From Chthonomonadales bacterium (GTDB lineage: Bacteria; Armatimonadota; Chthonomonadetes; Chthonomonadales; CAJBBX01): a stretch of 64,000 nt of DNA. Shown here one piece after another: positions 21,413 through 30,189 of this stretch. Where the stretch lies: NCBI GenBank assembly GCA_037443035.1, contig JBBIPC010000003.1, forward strand, positions 161,383-225,382, read 5' to 3'. Under the pieces are notes generated by a model. It worked only from the letters and a program-made list of their open reading frames with translations. It was not told the origin of the DNA and made no database searches. Position 1 is the stretch's first letter; every line of letters begins with the position of its first letter. The translations under genes were made by a program, and so were the position numbers.

Positions 21413-22348
21413 ATGGGCGACCATCCCGACGTGCGGCAGGTGGCACGGCCAGTTGTCATCGCCGAGTCCATGGCACTGGACCGGCAGCTCGGCTGTCACG
21501 TTCTACTGGCTCTGGAAACGTTTCAGTGGACGGGAAGTTTCAAGTTCCGCGCTGCCTACAACGTGGCCAGATCCGTAGCGCAGGATCGGATCCTGGCAGC
21601 GTCCTCGGGCAACTTCGGTCAGGCGCTTGCGTACGCGTGCATGCTCACAGGCAAAGCCTGCACCATCGTCATGCCAGCGACTTCCGCGCAAGTGAAGGTA
21701 GCGGCCGTCCGCAGCTACGGCGGCCTGGTAGATCTGATCGACACAGAACGGATCTCGCGAGCGGACCGAGTGAAGGAGCTGGCAGCCACGATGCCCGATG
21801 CGTATGTCGCCAGCGCCTACGACGATCCGCTGGTGATCGAGGGAAATGCCACCCTGGGCGAGGAGATTGCCTCGGCATGCGCATGCGATGCTGTCGTCGT
21901 GCCTGTCGGAGGGGGAGGACTGGCGTCCGGTGTCATCACGGGGCTGCGGCGTCGTTGTTCCACCGCCGACGTCATCGGTGCCGAACCCCTTCTGGCCAAC
22001 GATGCTGCGTGCTCGCTTCGGGAAGGCCGTATCGTAGCCAATCCTGTGGAGCCGCAGACGATTGCCGACGGAGCACGCACCGTCAGCCTGGGTAAGCATA
22101 ACTGGGAACTCCTCCGCGGTGGTCTTGCAGGGATTGTCGAGGTGCCCGAGGACGCCATCGCCCACGCCGTGCGCATACTCTTCTCGCTGGCCAACGTCAA
22201 GGCCGAACCCACCGGCGCCCTCTCCGTGGCAGCGGTATGGACAAGCCCAGAGCGCTTCGCCCGCAAGACCGTATGCTGTGTCATCAGCGGCGGCAACGTG
22301 GATCCTGCGGTCTACATGGAGATCATTGCGCATGGATCTGTCGAGTAG
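21413..22348 (+). CDS. PLP-dependent threonine/serine dehydratase or racemase family protein
   Basis: ETFQWTGSFKFRAA (PLP lysine), SSGNFGQA, VPVGGGGL, TIADG, AEPTGA, ISGGNVD. Start approximate (GTG 21404 or ATG 21413). Confidence 0.9.
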   Translation: MGDHPDVRQVARPVVIAESMALDRQLGCHVLLALETFQWTGSFKFRAAYNVARSVAQDRILAASSGNFGQALAYACMLTGKACTIVMPATSAQVKVAAVRSYGGLVDLIDTERISRADRVKELAATMPDAYVASAYDDPLVIEGNATLGEEIASACACDAVVVPVGGGGLASGVITGLRRRCSTADVIGAEPLLANDAACSLREGRIVANPVEPQTIADGARTVSLGKHNWELLRGGLAGIVEVPEDAIAHAVRILFSLANVKAEPTGALSVAAVWTSPERFARKTVCCVISGGNVDPAVYMEIIAHGSVE

Positions 22349-22415
22349 GTAAGGTAACGATCGGTTACTCGACAACTGCGCCCATTGTCGGGAGTGAAAT
22401 GCGTCGCTATTTCGA

Positions 22416-22455
22416 GTGCGGCCCGACGTTCTCGACGATGGGCGTCGGGCCGCAC
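22416..22455. terminator. Stem-loop between convergent genes
   Basis: 13-bp inverted repeat GTGCGGCCCGACG / CGTCGGGCCGCAC. Confidence 0.6.
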
Positions 22456-22515
22456 AGCATGTGCTGGTTTGGACAACGAGTTACGGCGAGGAAGCGTCAG
22501 CGTATCATCCTCCAG

Positions 22516-25500
22516 CTACGAGGTTCCCCGTGTCTCCTCCTCCACGAGGACGGGCCTCCAGCGCCATTCGCGCCCCAGGTAGGTTCGGTTCACCCAGCGC
22601 ACGAAGTCGTCCACGTACGTGTGCATGATGGGAATATCGAAGAGGCTGAGGATCGTGCCCATCGTTAGACCCCCGAGGACGGCCACCGCAAGGGGTTGAT
22701 AGGCGTCCAGACCAGTCTTGGGGAACGCTGCAACCGGAAACATGACGATGATGGTGATGCAGGAGGTCATGAGAATGGGCCGCAGCCGCTGTGGGCACGC
22801 ATTCGCCACCGCCTCGTCTCGTTCCACGCCGGCGTCGCGATAGCGCATGATCATATCGATCAGCAACACAGCGGTCGTGATATCCATACCTGTCAGCACG
22901 ATGATGCCCAGAATGGACACCGTGGAGAAGGCCTGCCCTGAGGCCCAGAGCGCGATGAACACGCCCGAGAGTTCCAAGGGCAGCGAAGCGACCATCTGCA
23001 GTGGTTGGAGGAAGCCCCGGAACTGGACGACGAGCACGAAGTACATGAGGATCAACGCCAGCGCCAGCCCGATCAGTAGCCTGCGGAAGCTGTCCATCAT
23101 CTGGGTCATGTCGCCCCGCATCTCCATACCATACCCGGGTGGGAAGTTCACCGGCGCGACACCAAGCTGCTCGTTCCCGCCATAGGCGTTGGCCACAAGG
23201 TTCATGACCACGTCCATGGACGGGAGGTTCCCAGGGCGGTAGTAGCCAGTAATGCCCATCACCCGACGGAGCCCATCGTGTTCGATGGCAGTGGGTGCTA
23301 CCGTCCTTTCTACTCGCGCCAAGCTCTCCAATGGTACCGCGCGGCCGTCCGAAGTGCTGATATACAGGTCGGCTAGATCCTCGGCAGTACGTCTTTGGCG
23401 CTCGTCGTAACGGATGGAGATCGTGTCCTGCCTGAGGTTGTCCAGTCGGAAGAACTCGTCGGCTAGACCGCCGCGCAGGGCATAGTAGGCTTGATCGGCA
23501 ATGTCCCGTGGCGTCAGACCCAGGCTCTGTGCACGGTCTCGGTCCACCTGTATCTTGTACGATGGGACGCCCATCGCCCACGTGGTGGCCGGTTGAAACA
23601 GCTCGGGCATCTTTTGCGCAGTCGTTAGCACCTGTCGGCCGATCCGGTCCAACTCCTGCAGATCAGGGCCGTAGATGTTCACATGTATGGGTGCCGCCGC
23701 CGTTGCCATGACGTCGGAGCCCATCTCCTTGATCTGGAGCCGCCGTATGCCCGGTATGGTCGCTAGGGCCTCTCGCTGCACCCCGTCTATCACCTGGAAG
23801 ATCGTACGGCGGCGCTTGTCTTTATCGCTCAGGGTCAGCATGAACGCAGCGGCGTTGGCGGCGGGCATTTGGTAGCCAGTAAAGTACGGGCTCCAGGTCT
23901 CGAACATGGACTCCGCTCCAACTTCGATACTGGCCTTCTCGATCTCTGGGTAGCGGAGCATGATCTCCTCGAGCTTGTGCACCGCCTTTGCCGTAGCGTC
24001 GAACGATGTGCCCGGCTGCATCTCTAGGACTCCGCTCGCCTGTCCGACGTCGGCTAGGGGCATCATCTCGGAGCCGATGAAGTAATAGAACGTAGACCCC
24101 ACGATCACTGTGGCAGCGATGCGGGAGAGGTTGGCGAAGCGATGCCGGAGCATCCACCGGACGGAACGGGCGTAGCCCGCCTCCATTCTATCGAGAACGC
24201 GCTGCACCGGGTCGAGGACCATGTACAGATGCCGTAGAACGGGCTTCTGACGATCCGCTCGCCGCTCCTCGTCATGCCGCAGCAGGTTCGCTGCCAGCAG
24301 CGCCGTGAGCGTGAACGAGACCAACATGGAGGCGACAAGCGCGAAGATCAATGGCCAGACCAGCTCGCGGAACATGGCCTCCGTGATACCGCCCGAGAAA
24401 AGAAGCGGCGAAAGCGCGATGACGACCATGGTCGTGGAGGCGATGACCGCCAACCGCACCTCAGCGATGCCGTCTATGGTGGCGGTCTTGGGATCTTTGC
24501 CCATTCGCAAGTGCCGCTCCACGGCGTGAATGTCGATGATGCTGTCGTCCACGAGCCGGCCAATGGAGAGCAACAGGCCCACGAGCGTGCCGCTGTTGAA
24601 CGTCATGCCGAAGGGGAGCATGAACAACACCGCCAGCGCCAGCGAAGTCGGGATGGTGATCAGGGAAATGAGCGTGCCGCGCCATTCGCCTAGGAAAAGG
24701 AGCACCGCGATCGCCGTCAGCAGAATGGCCAGACCAAGCTCGTGCCAGACGTTGTCGAAGAGAATGCCCACGAAATGTGCGTTGTCGTAGGCCACCTCGA
24801 AGCGAACGCCAGGGTTCTCGCGCTCCAACTCACGGATGATCTCCATGACTTTCGGCACCACGCGCGCCGAGCTAGCTCCGGGGTCCTGGATGACCGACAC
24901 GCCGATGGACGGCAGTACCTCCCCCTTGCCGCCCGGAGGATGGTTGAGGAATCTGTAGGCCGAGCGGCGCTCCCAGTGGCCATCGAACACGCGCGCCACG
25001 TCGCCCACGCGGATGATCTGCGGAGGCCCACTGCTATCGCTCGGGCTGCCTCCACCCGGTCGCGGTTCGGACTCCGCCGGCGCACCTGCCGTGCCCATGC
25101 CACCCATGGCTCCGGACCCCCCATCGGGTGCTGTGGCGCTGACAGAGGGGCGGGCCGTGCGGATCGGGTAGCGCCGCACGTCCTCGGGAGTTCGCGCTCG
25201 CGTATCCACGCGGACAATGCCCTCAGCCTCTCCGGTCGTGAGGTTGCCGGCTGGACGATTGATGCTCTGCCGATCTATGGCGGCCTTCACGTCTAGGATG
25301 GACAGTCCCCGTGCGGCCAGCTTGTCCCGGTCCACCACCACCTGGAGCTGACGGCGATAGCCGCCGAACGGTACGACCGAATACACGTTGTCCACGCGCT
25401 TGAGACGGTTCACGACCGCGTTATCGGCGAACTCGCGCAACCGCCTCAGATCCCATCCACTACCTGGATCTGCCCGAAGGCTGAAGGTGATGACTGGTAG

Positions 25501-25983
25501 GTTCAGTGGGTCAATGGGAACGACCCACGACGGCTTCAGATTAGCGCCTGTGGCTGGAAGGTTCGCCTGGACCACGTTCATGAGCGCCTGGACGTCGAAG
25601 ACCGCCTGCTTCATGTCGTACCCATAGTTGAACTCCAACGCGACGATGGAGAAGCCTTCTTGGGACGTTGACCTAATGTAGCGGACGCCACGGATGTGCA
25701 CAAGCTGCTCTTCGATGGGCTTGGTGATATTCAGCTCCATCTCCTCTGGTGATAGCCCCGGCATCATCGTCACGACGCCCACCATGGGGCTTTCCACATA
25801 CGGAGCGAACCGTCGCGGGATGACACGGGTGATGGCGAGGCCCGCCATGGCGATCACGACGATGTAGAAAGCAATGATCGCGTACGGGTGCTCGATGGAC
25901 CAGCGATGGATCATGTGCAGCGCCGTCAGACCACGTCCATGGGCGGCGCTGACTGAACGGCGGAGCGGTTCTGGGACTGTCAT
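22516..25983 (-). CDS. RND efflux transporter permease subunit (AcrB/CusA superfamily)
   Basis: PGLSPEEME..ITKPIEE, STSQEGFSIV, TLISLITIPTSL, GRLVDDSI, SFTLT, RLRPILMTS, PLAVAVLGGL; ATGA overlap with the MFP gene. Confidence 0.93.
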   Translation of the reverse strand: MTVPEPLRRSVSAAHGRGLTALHMIHRWSIEHPYAIIAFYIVVIAMAGLAITRVIPRRFAPYVESPMVGVVTMMPGLSPEEMELNITKPIEEQLVHIRGVRYIRSTSQEGFSIVALEFNYGYDMKQAVFDVQALMNVVQANLPATGANLKPSWVVPIDPLNLPVITFSLRADPGSGWDLRRLREFADNAVVNRLKRVDNVYSVVPFGGYRRQLQVVVDRDKLAARGLSILDVKAAIDRQSINRPAGNLTTGEAEGIVRVDTRARTPEDVRRYPIRTARPSVSATAPDGGSGAMGGMGTAGAPAESEPRPGGGSPSDSSGPPQIIRVGDVARVFDGHWERRSAYRFLNHPPGGKGEVLPSIGVSVIQDPGASSARVVPKVMEIIRELERENPGVRFEVAYDNAHFVGILFDNVWHELGLAILLTAIAVLLFLGEWRGTLISLITIPTSLALAVLFMLPFGMTFNSGTLVGLLLSIGRLVDDSIIDIHAVERHLRMGKDPKTATIDGIAEVRLAVIASTTMVVIALSPLLFSGGITEAMFRELVWPLIFALVASMLVSFTLTALLAANLLRHDEERRADRQKPVLRHLYMVLDPVQRVLDRMEAGYARSVRWMLRHRFANLSRIAATVIVGSTFYYFIGSEMMPLADVGQASGVLEMQPGTSFDATAKAVHKLEEIMLRYPEIEKASIEVGAESMFETWSPYFTGYQMPAANAAAFMLTLSDKDKRRRTIFQVIDGVQREALATIPGIRRLQIKEMGSDVMATAAAPIHVNIYGPDLQELDRIGRQVLTTAQKMPELFQPATTWAMGVPSYKIQVDRDRAQSLGLTPRDIADQAYYALRGGLADEFFRLDNLRQDTISIRYDERQRRTAEDLADLYISTSDGRAVPLESLARVERTVAPTAIEHDGLRRVMGITGYYRPGNLPSMDVVMNLVANAYGGNEQLGVAPVNFPPGYGMEMRGDMTQMMDSFRRLLIGLALALILMYFVLVVQFRGFLQPLQMVASLPLELSGVFIALWASGQAFSTVSILGIIVLTGMDITTAVLLIDMIMRYRDAGVERDEAVANACPQRLRPILMTSCITIIVMFPVAAFPKTGLDAYQPLAVAVLGGLTMGTILSLFDIPIMHTYVDDFVRWVNRTYLGREWRWRPVLVEEETRGTS

Positions 25984-28250
25984 CGAACCGTGTCCTTTCT
26001 CACCAGAGCCATCCCGCACTTAGGGCAACGACCCGGTGCGTCTGCCACAACCTCGGGATGCATAGGACACGTGTAGCGGGGTGCCGTAGTGTGTTGGTGG
26101 GTCGTCGCGGCTCCCGAGCGAGCACTCCCCGCCGGCATGGATCCCGCCGCAGGGCCAGTGGTGTCCACGACCTCGTCGCCATCGTGGAGCCCGGCCCAGC
26201 CTTTCACCACAACGCGGTCGCCTGCTTGGAGCCCTTCGATCACCTCGTAGAAGCGCTCATCATGGGCCCCCGTCCTTATCGGGACGCGCTCGACGGTGGC
26301 CGTCGGCCCCTGCTGCACGCGCCAGACGGTATGCTGCACCGAGCGACCCTCGACACCCGAAGCGGCGAGTGCCTCCTCCCGCACGGCCTCGGCAGGAATG
26401 CGGAGCGCACGCTGCCGCGACGCGACGACGATGCTCATGCGGATGGCTTCCCCCACTCTGAAGCGTCCGTCCGCATTGGGCCAGACCGCCTCCACCAGGG
26501 CCGTGCGTGTCGAACCGTCCACGTAGGGAGCGACGCTGGTGATGCGCGTCAGGACAGTCCGGTCCGGTTTCTCCGGCCTCCAGACGCGCACAGCGGCTCC
26601 TACGCGGACCAGAGGGAGATCTGCCTCGGAGACCCTTGCCTGAAGACGCACAGGCGTTAAGGGGACCATGCGAAGCACCGTTTGGCCAGCCGTCACGTAG
26701 ACACCGGGCGATATGCGGCGCTCGGTGATCACGCCGTCTGCCGTGGCTCGAATGATCGTGTAGCGCTCGGTCGTCTCGGCTCCCAGAAGCATAGCCCGCG
26801 CCTGCCGAACGCTCGCTTGCCTTGCTGCGGCTTGCCGGCGCGCCGTGTCGAGACCTGCTTCTGTCATCCGTAGGCTCTGAGCGGCTGAATCGTTGTCGGC
26901 TCGGGCTTGTTGCAGCCGGCTCGAGGCGGATTGCACGGCTGCCACGGCGCTACTCTGTGCCGCCTTCATCCTCCGTACCTCGGCTTCGGCCTCCTTGATG
27001 CCGGCTTCTGCGGCGGTAAGCGCAGCTCGTGCTCGGGCGGTCTCCGTCTGGGTCCGTTGGAGTTCTTCCAGCGAAACGACACCACGCGCTTTGAGGCGCT
27101 CCATCCGCGCGAGTTCCGCGTCCCAGTACGCAACGTCCGATGCAGCCGCCTGCTGGCTGGCTTTGGCGGCGGAGAGCTTTTCCGTAGCTGCAACCACAGC
27201 TTCCTGCGCTTCCGATGCTTCTGCACGCGCTTGCTCCAGCTCAGATCTTGCCGCGGCCAGAGCCGACTGTTTCGCCGCTGCATCGGCCCGAGCGCGCTCT
27301 ACGTCGGCCTGCACTCGGCGCACCTCCGAAGTAGCCGCTTGCGCTTCGAGCGTGGCCTGCTCCACCATGCCGGCACGTTCCGCGACGACCGGTTCCGTGG
27401 ACGAGCGGTCGAGCCGCAGCAGCACGTCGCCGCGTCTAACCCGGGTGCCGACATAGACCGGCATCTCGACGATCCAACCGCCTACCCGAGGAATAATGTC
27501 CTGCTCCACCCAGCCCGTGACCTGTCCAAGGTAGCTGACCGTCTGCTCGACCGGCCCGTACCCCGCCACGGCCGTCTCGACCGAGGCAACGCCCGGTGGA
27601 GGCGGCGTCTCCATCTCCATGGCCTGCGCTTCAATGGGCGTCATGGCGCCGGGGCGTCGCCAGTTCCGTACCGCGTACATCGCGATGGCGATGGCAAGGC
27701 CGAGCAAGAGGATACTGCCCCAGACGCCCGGCTTGGCCAGTTGCGACCACGGAATACGCTGGCCACTTCGCCGCATACCAATCCACGTGAGGATCGCAAG
27801 CGCGGCTCCTGCGAGGGCCACCAGGAGACCCAAGGTCAGGCCATGTCCTACGCCCTCGGCGGTGTTCATCCCCGTGGCGAGCTTCACCTGAGCGCGTCGC
27901 TGGCGGTCACCGGTGATGACGGTGATATCCGCGACGTAGTCTCCAGCCATGGCAAAGACCGCCGGTGCTTCGTAGACACCAGGCGCATCGGGAAGCGGTC
28001 GGGCCGTCTGTTCCTTCTCGCCCATGTCCATAGCCGGCATGCGTACGAACACGCGGACAGTGGCACCCGTGACCGGCTGTCCGTTCTCCTTCAGCTCCAC
28101 CCGGACCTTGGCCTTGCCAACTGCGATGATTGGCGGATCGGTGCGCACGATGACTGTAAGCCCGTCTGCGGTGGTGCGCACCGGGTCTGCTGCGGCCAGC
28201 AGAGGCACGAACGTCAACAGAGCGCTGAGATATGCTGCCACGCGGTTCAT
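25980..28250 (-). CDS. RND membrane-fusion protein with an N-terminal YtkA/FixH-like domain and a C-terminal heavy-metal-binding domain
   Basis: Signal peptide; PVTGATV..RMPAMDMG...GVYEA..VFAMAGDY; two TM helices; lipoyl halves PRVGGWI...GDVL and IRATADGVI; long coiled coil; GLQAGDRVV; YTCPMHPEVVADAPGRCPKCGMALV. Confidence 0.9.
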   Translation of the reverse strand: MNRVAAYLSALLTFVPLLAAADPVRTTADGLTVIVRTDPPIIAVGKAKVRVELKENGQPVTGATVRVFVRMPAMDMGEKEQTARPLPDAPGVYEAPAVFAMAGDYVADITVITGDRQRRAQVKLATGMNTAEGVGHGLTLGLLVALAGAALAILTWIGMRRSGQRIPWSQLAKPGVWGSILLLGLAIAIAMYAVRNWRRPGAMTPIEAQAMEMETPPPPGVASVETAVAGYGPVEQTVSYLGQVTGWVEQDIIPRVGGWIVEMPVYVGTRVRRGDVLLRLDRSSTEPVVAERAGMVEQATLEAQAATSEVRRVQADVERARADAAAKQSALAAARSELEQARAEASEAQEAVVAATEKLSAAKASQQAAASDVAYWDAELARMERLKARGVVSLEELQRTQTETARARAALTAAEAGIKEAEAEVRRMKAAQSSAVAAVQSASSRLQQARADNDSAAQSLRMTEAGLDTARRQAAARQASVRQARAMLLGAETTERYTIIRATADGVITERRISPGVYVTAGQTVLRMVPLTPVRLQARVSEADLPLVRVGAAVRVWRPEKPDRTVLTRITSVAPYVDGSTRTALVEAVWPNADGRFRVGEAIRMSIVVASRQRALRIPAEAVREEALAASGVEGRSVQHTVWRVQQGPTATVERVPIRTGAHDERFYEVIEGLQAGDRVVVKGWAGLHDGDEVVDTTGPAAGSMPAGSARSGAATTHQHTTAPRYTCPMHPEVVADAPGRCPKCGMALVRKDTVR

Positions 28251-29599
28251 GGCTTCTCTCCTTCTCTTGTCGCGGATGTTGCCCCACCGGAGGCGCCGTC
28301 CGGGCTGGCGCCCAGGACGCGCTCCAGCCGCACCAGCGCCATCTCGTGGTCGAACATGGATCGAGCCAAGGCCAGTTCGGCCTCGCGGACTGCCGCGAGA
28401 GCATCGAGCTCCTCCACGAGAATGCTCTTCTGGTTCTGCACGCGTTCGCTGTAAACAGTGTAGGACGCGCGCGCCGCGTTCACTCCTGCCTGCGCCGCCT
28501 CGACAGCACTCTGCGCAGCGACCATGTCGAACCACGCCTTTCGGATACCCTCTTCGACACTCAGCGATGTTGCGGTTGTTCGCTCGCGAGATGCTTGCTC
28601 CTCTGCATCCGCCATCTTACGCATGCTCCGCCTGCGGCCCCCGTCGTAGAGCGGCCATGAGGCCGCGAGGCCGACGGCCGACATACCTGTGCCGCGCATG
28701 CCCCGCGAGCCACGCACGTCTCCCATGGCCATGGCATACACCTGGACCGACTGCTCCCCGCGTGCTATGGCCGCCTGCGCAGCAGCAGACTCGCTGGAAG
28801 CCCGGGCGATCCGAAGCGCCGGAGCATCCTTGCGGCCGGCGGCAAGAGCTGCTTCGAGGGTCCAAGCTGGCTTCGTGAGGGATAGCTCCTCCGTAAGCTC
28901 CAGGCGAGTGCCCGGGGACAGACCCATAACCGCAGCAAGCTCCACCAGACTTTTCGCTCGCTCGGCCTCGGCCAACGCGATATCCCTGCTGGCAGCCATG
29001 GCTTCCGAACGAGCCCGAAGATACTGAGCCTCGATGCCCTTGCCTTCTTGCCAGAGCGCCCGGGCGTTCTCGGCCATTGCCGATGCCGCGTCGTACTGCG
29101 CCTTGGCCACGCGCAGCGTCGCTTCAGCCAACAGCACCTTCAGGTAGGCTTCTTTCGTGGCGGCGCTGACATCCGCCCGGACACGTGCCAGGTCAGCCTC
29201 GGCCTCGACAAGCATGGCACGGGCCCGGCGGATGGACGCCTGTACGATGCCTCCTGTGTACACAGGCACCATGGCGACTGCCTGCAGCGTCCCGCCACCG
29301 TCGGCTCCCACCCTCCCCCTGGTGGCAGGTTCCGCCGCAGGAGGCGATTCCATCACCGCTTCGTCGCTCGCTGCTGCTCCGTACGCCGATAGCGTCGCTT
29401 GGAGCCCCGCCGCCGCGCGAGCTGCCGCCAGCCCCGAACGAGCGGCTTCGACGCGTGCCCGCGCCGCCGCGACACTGGGGCTGCGTGCATAAGCTTGTGC
29501 CACCGCCTGCGCCATGGTCAAGCGCTGTGGCGTTTGCGCGTCTGTCCGGATCGCCAGCAAAGCAACCCAGACCCATACGATGTGAGTTGTACGAACCAT
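28247..29599 (-). CDS. TolC-family outer membrane efflux protein
   Basis: Signal peptide; LTMAQAVAQAYARSP, PVYTGG and PLYDGG repeats, long Ala-rich helices; first gene of a TolC-MFP-RND operon. Confidence 0.88.
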   Translation of the reverse strand: MVRTTHIVWVWVALLAIRTDAQTPQRLTMAQAVAQAYARSPSVAAARARVEAARSGLAAARAAAGLQATLSAYGAAASDEAVMESPPAAEPATRGRVGADGGGTLQAVAMVPVYTGGIVQASIRRARAMLVEAEADLARVRADVSAATKEAYLKVLLAEATLRVAKAQYDAASAMAENARALWQEGKGIEAQYLRARSEAMAASRDIALAEAERAKSLVELAAVMGLSPGTRLELTEELSLTKPAWTLEAALAAGRKDAPALRIARASSESAAAQAAIARGEQSVQVYAMAMGDVRGSRGMRGTGMSAVGLAASWPLYDGGRRRSMRKMADAEEQASRERTTATSLSVEEGIRKAWFDMVAAQSAVEAAQAGVNAARASYTVYSERVQNQKSILVEELDALAAVREAELALARSMFDHEMALVRLERVLGASPDGASGGATSATREGEKP

Positions 29600-29717
29600 T
29601 CCCTTCTCCTACTTGCGCTCATGCATCCTGGCGATGCGCCTGGTATGGGATGTAACGGAGCTTACGCCTCGGCCTCAGCTTCTCGGCAACGAGAGTTAGC
29701 GAGAAAGCCGGGATCGG

Positions 29718-30152
29718 TTACGAGAAGAAGGGCGGTGCGCGCGGACGGCGATGAAGAGGTGGAGGGCAGTTCGGCGGATGGACGTCGGCGGGATCGGCGC
29801 AGGTTGCCGAGGGCGGCGTCACGATCCATTCCGTTCCGGTTAGGGGCGCTACCGGTGTCGGATGGAACGTTATCGAGTTTGGCAGGGGCGAGTCCGGCAC
29901 GGTGACCCGCGCCTGGCACGACATGCCGCTGGACACTGTGGGCTGCGACCGGTCCGGTTGCACACTGCCTGGGCAGCATGCCGAGGCCGGCTCGACCACT
30001 ACCGTCCGTCGGGCGCCGTGCGAGCAGTAGAAGTCGCACGGCATTCCATCCGTGCAGAACCAACCGACGTGCGGAAACGCCGCGGCCAGTGCCATGAGTG
30101 CTACGCCCCGCGCGAAGATCCGCCTAAGCCGGTTGTGGACGATGGCTGCCAT
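29718..30152 (-). CDS. Cys-rich leader protein ending in RAPP (DUF2946/CruR-like candidate ribosome-arrest peptide)
   Basis: N-terminal basic plus hydrophobic segment, C-X5-C-X3-C and CC clusters, Pro-rich tail ending RPRAPPFFS; 118 nt upstream of tolC on the same strand. Confidence 0.7.
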   Translation of the reverse strand: MAAIVHNRLRRIFARGVALMALAAAFPHVGWFCTDGMPCDFYCSHGARRTVVVEPASACCPGSVQPDRSQPTVSSGMSCQARVTVPDSPLPNSITFHPTPVAPLTGTEWIVTPPSATCADPADVHPPNCPPPLHRRPRAPPFFS

Positions 30153-30162
30153 TGTTACGAAC

Positions 30163-30189
30163 TACGGCAGCGGTCTGCGAATCGTTTCC
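30163..30189 (-). promoter_or_regulatory. Putative ECF-sigma promoter (GGAAAC-N17-CGTA) for the leader/RND operon
   Basis: Fills the 37-nt gap between the ABC gene stop and the leader ATG; CGTA ends 10 nt before the ATG; no SD, so a near-leaderless transcript. Confidence 0.55.
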
